Shown here: positions 63,691 to 64,000 of the stretch, piece after piece
How positions within the stretch are numbered: the stretch's first letter is position 1
Layout of the letters: every line of letters starts with the position of its first letter
Origin: Escherichia phage BEU50
Sequence record: OM632671.1
Length of the DNA: 64,000 nt
Direction: 5' to 3' (one strand)
The notes under the pieces: generated by a model
Told to the model about the DNA's origin: nothing
Seen by the model: only the letters and a program-made list of their open reading frames with translations
Databases searched by the model: none
Position numbers and translations under genes: made by a program

Positions 63691-63720
63691 ATGTACAAGC
63701 ACCAAGGATGGTGATACTAT
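63691..63720 (+). promoter_or_regulatory. Early promoter cassette (ATGTAC, TGATACTAT)
   Basis: -10 TACTAT 63715-63720 with upstream TG; leader shared with 63350-63375. Confidence 0.5.
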
Positions 63721-63750
63721 AGACTTATCAACTACAGAGGAGTAAACAAA

Positions 63751-63915
63751 ATGACTACTTTAATTATTTGGTTCGATGAAAATGAAGAAACATACTGTGT
63801 GAATATTGGTGAAAGTCCAATGCCTGAATTTGAATCCTCAGATAAAAACTCTGTTGTATCTTGGGCTGAAGGTTATAAAGCAGCTAAAGGTGACGTTGAA
63901 ATAATTTACATCTAA
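63751..63915 (+). CDS. Hypothetical small protein
   Basis: 54-aa ORF (MTTLIIWFDENEETY...) below the ORF-track size cut-off, with GAGGAGTAAACAAAATG start context. Confidence 0.35.
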   Translation: MTTLIIWFDENEETYCVNIGESPMPEFESSDKNSVVSWAEGYKAAKGDVEIIYI

Positions 63916-63927
63916 GTAAGTTTATGT

Positions 63928-63948
63928 TATAGTAGTCCTATCAAATCA
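63928..63948 (+). promoter_or_regulatory. Early promoter -10 plus shared leader (TGtTATAGTAGTCCTATCAAA)
   Basis: Same TATAGTAGTCCTATCA module as at 1993-2008, 2505-2520 and 60405-60420. Confidence 0.45.
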
Positions 63949-63961
63949 AGAGGAAAACAAA

Positions 63962-64000
63962 ATGGCTAAAGTTAGTATTGATGTCGTTGATTATGAATAC
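63962..64000 (+). CDS. Hypothetical protein, 5' end only (window edge)
   Basis: ATG 63962 with GAGGAAAACAAAATG context; ORF runs off the window. Confidence 0.3.
   Translation, partial: MAKVSIDVVDYEY

Overview
This window reads as a T4-like (T-even, Tevenvirinae-type) phage segment whose gene order is colinear with T4, in reverse orientation relative to the usual T4 map. All assignments are from reading the ORF translations and DNA motifs against remembered T4 biology; no database search was run. Order: rIIA (3' end), rIIB, a compressed variable region with an ndd-like gene, topoisomerase gene 52, motA, small early ORFs, asiA; then on the minus strand the holin t and tail fibre genes 38-37-36-35-34; then on the plus strand rnh, dsbA, 33, 59, 32, frd, td (split by a group I intron carrying an I-TevI-type GIY-YIG endonuclease), a free-standing HNH endonuclease, nrdA and the 5' part of nrdB. 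At about 29218/29219 nrdB stops abruptly at codon 217 and is joined, convergently, to the first 100 codons of the major capsid gene 23. Relative to T4 order this implies loss of the whole block between nrdB and 23 (remainder of 23, 24, 25-29, 48, 54, 30, 31 and others), so it is a large deletion, a defective genome or an assembly chimera; this is the most striking observation. After the junction the minus strand carries the head and tail morphogenesis block 22-21-68-67-20-19-18-17-16-15-14-13-wac-12-11-10-9-8-7-6-5.4-5.1-5-53, followed on the plus strand by 4, 2, 3, 1, 57A, 57B (Acb1-like), an ipI-like capsid-targeted protein, small ORFs, two tRNAs, a tRNA-like RNA region and further small ORFs. 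Recurrent early-promoter cassettes (GTTTAC, extended -10, inverted repeat, shared leader) and UUCG/GNRA hairpin terminators punctuate the variable regions.
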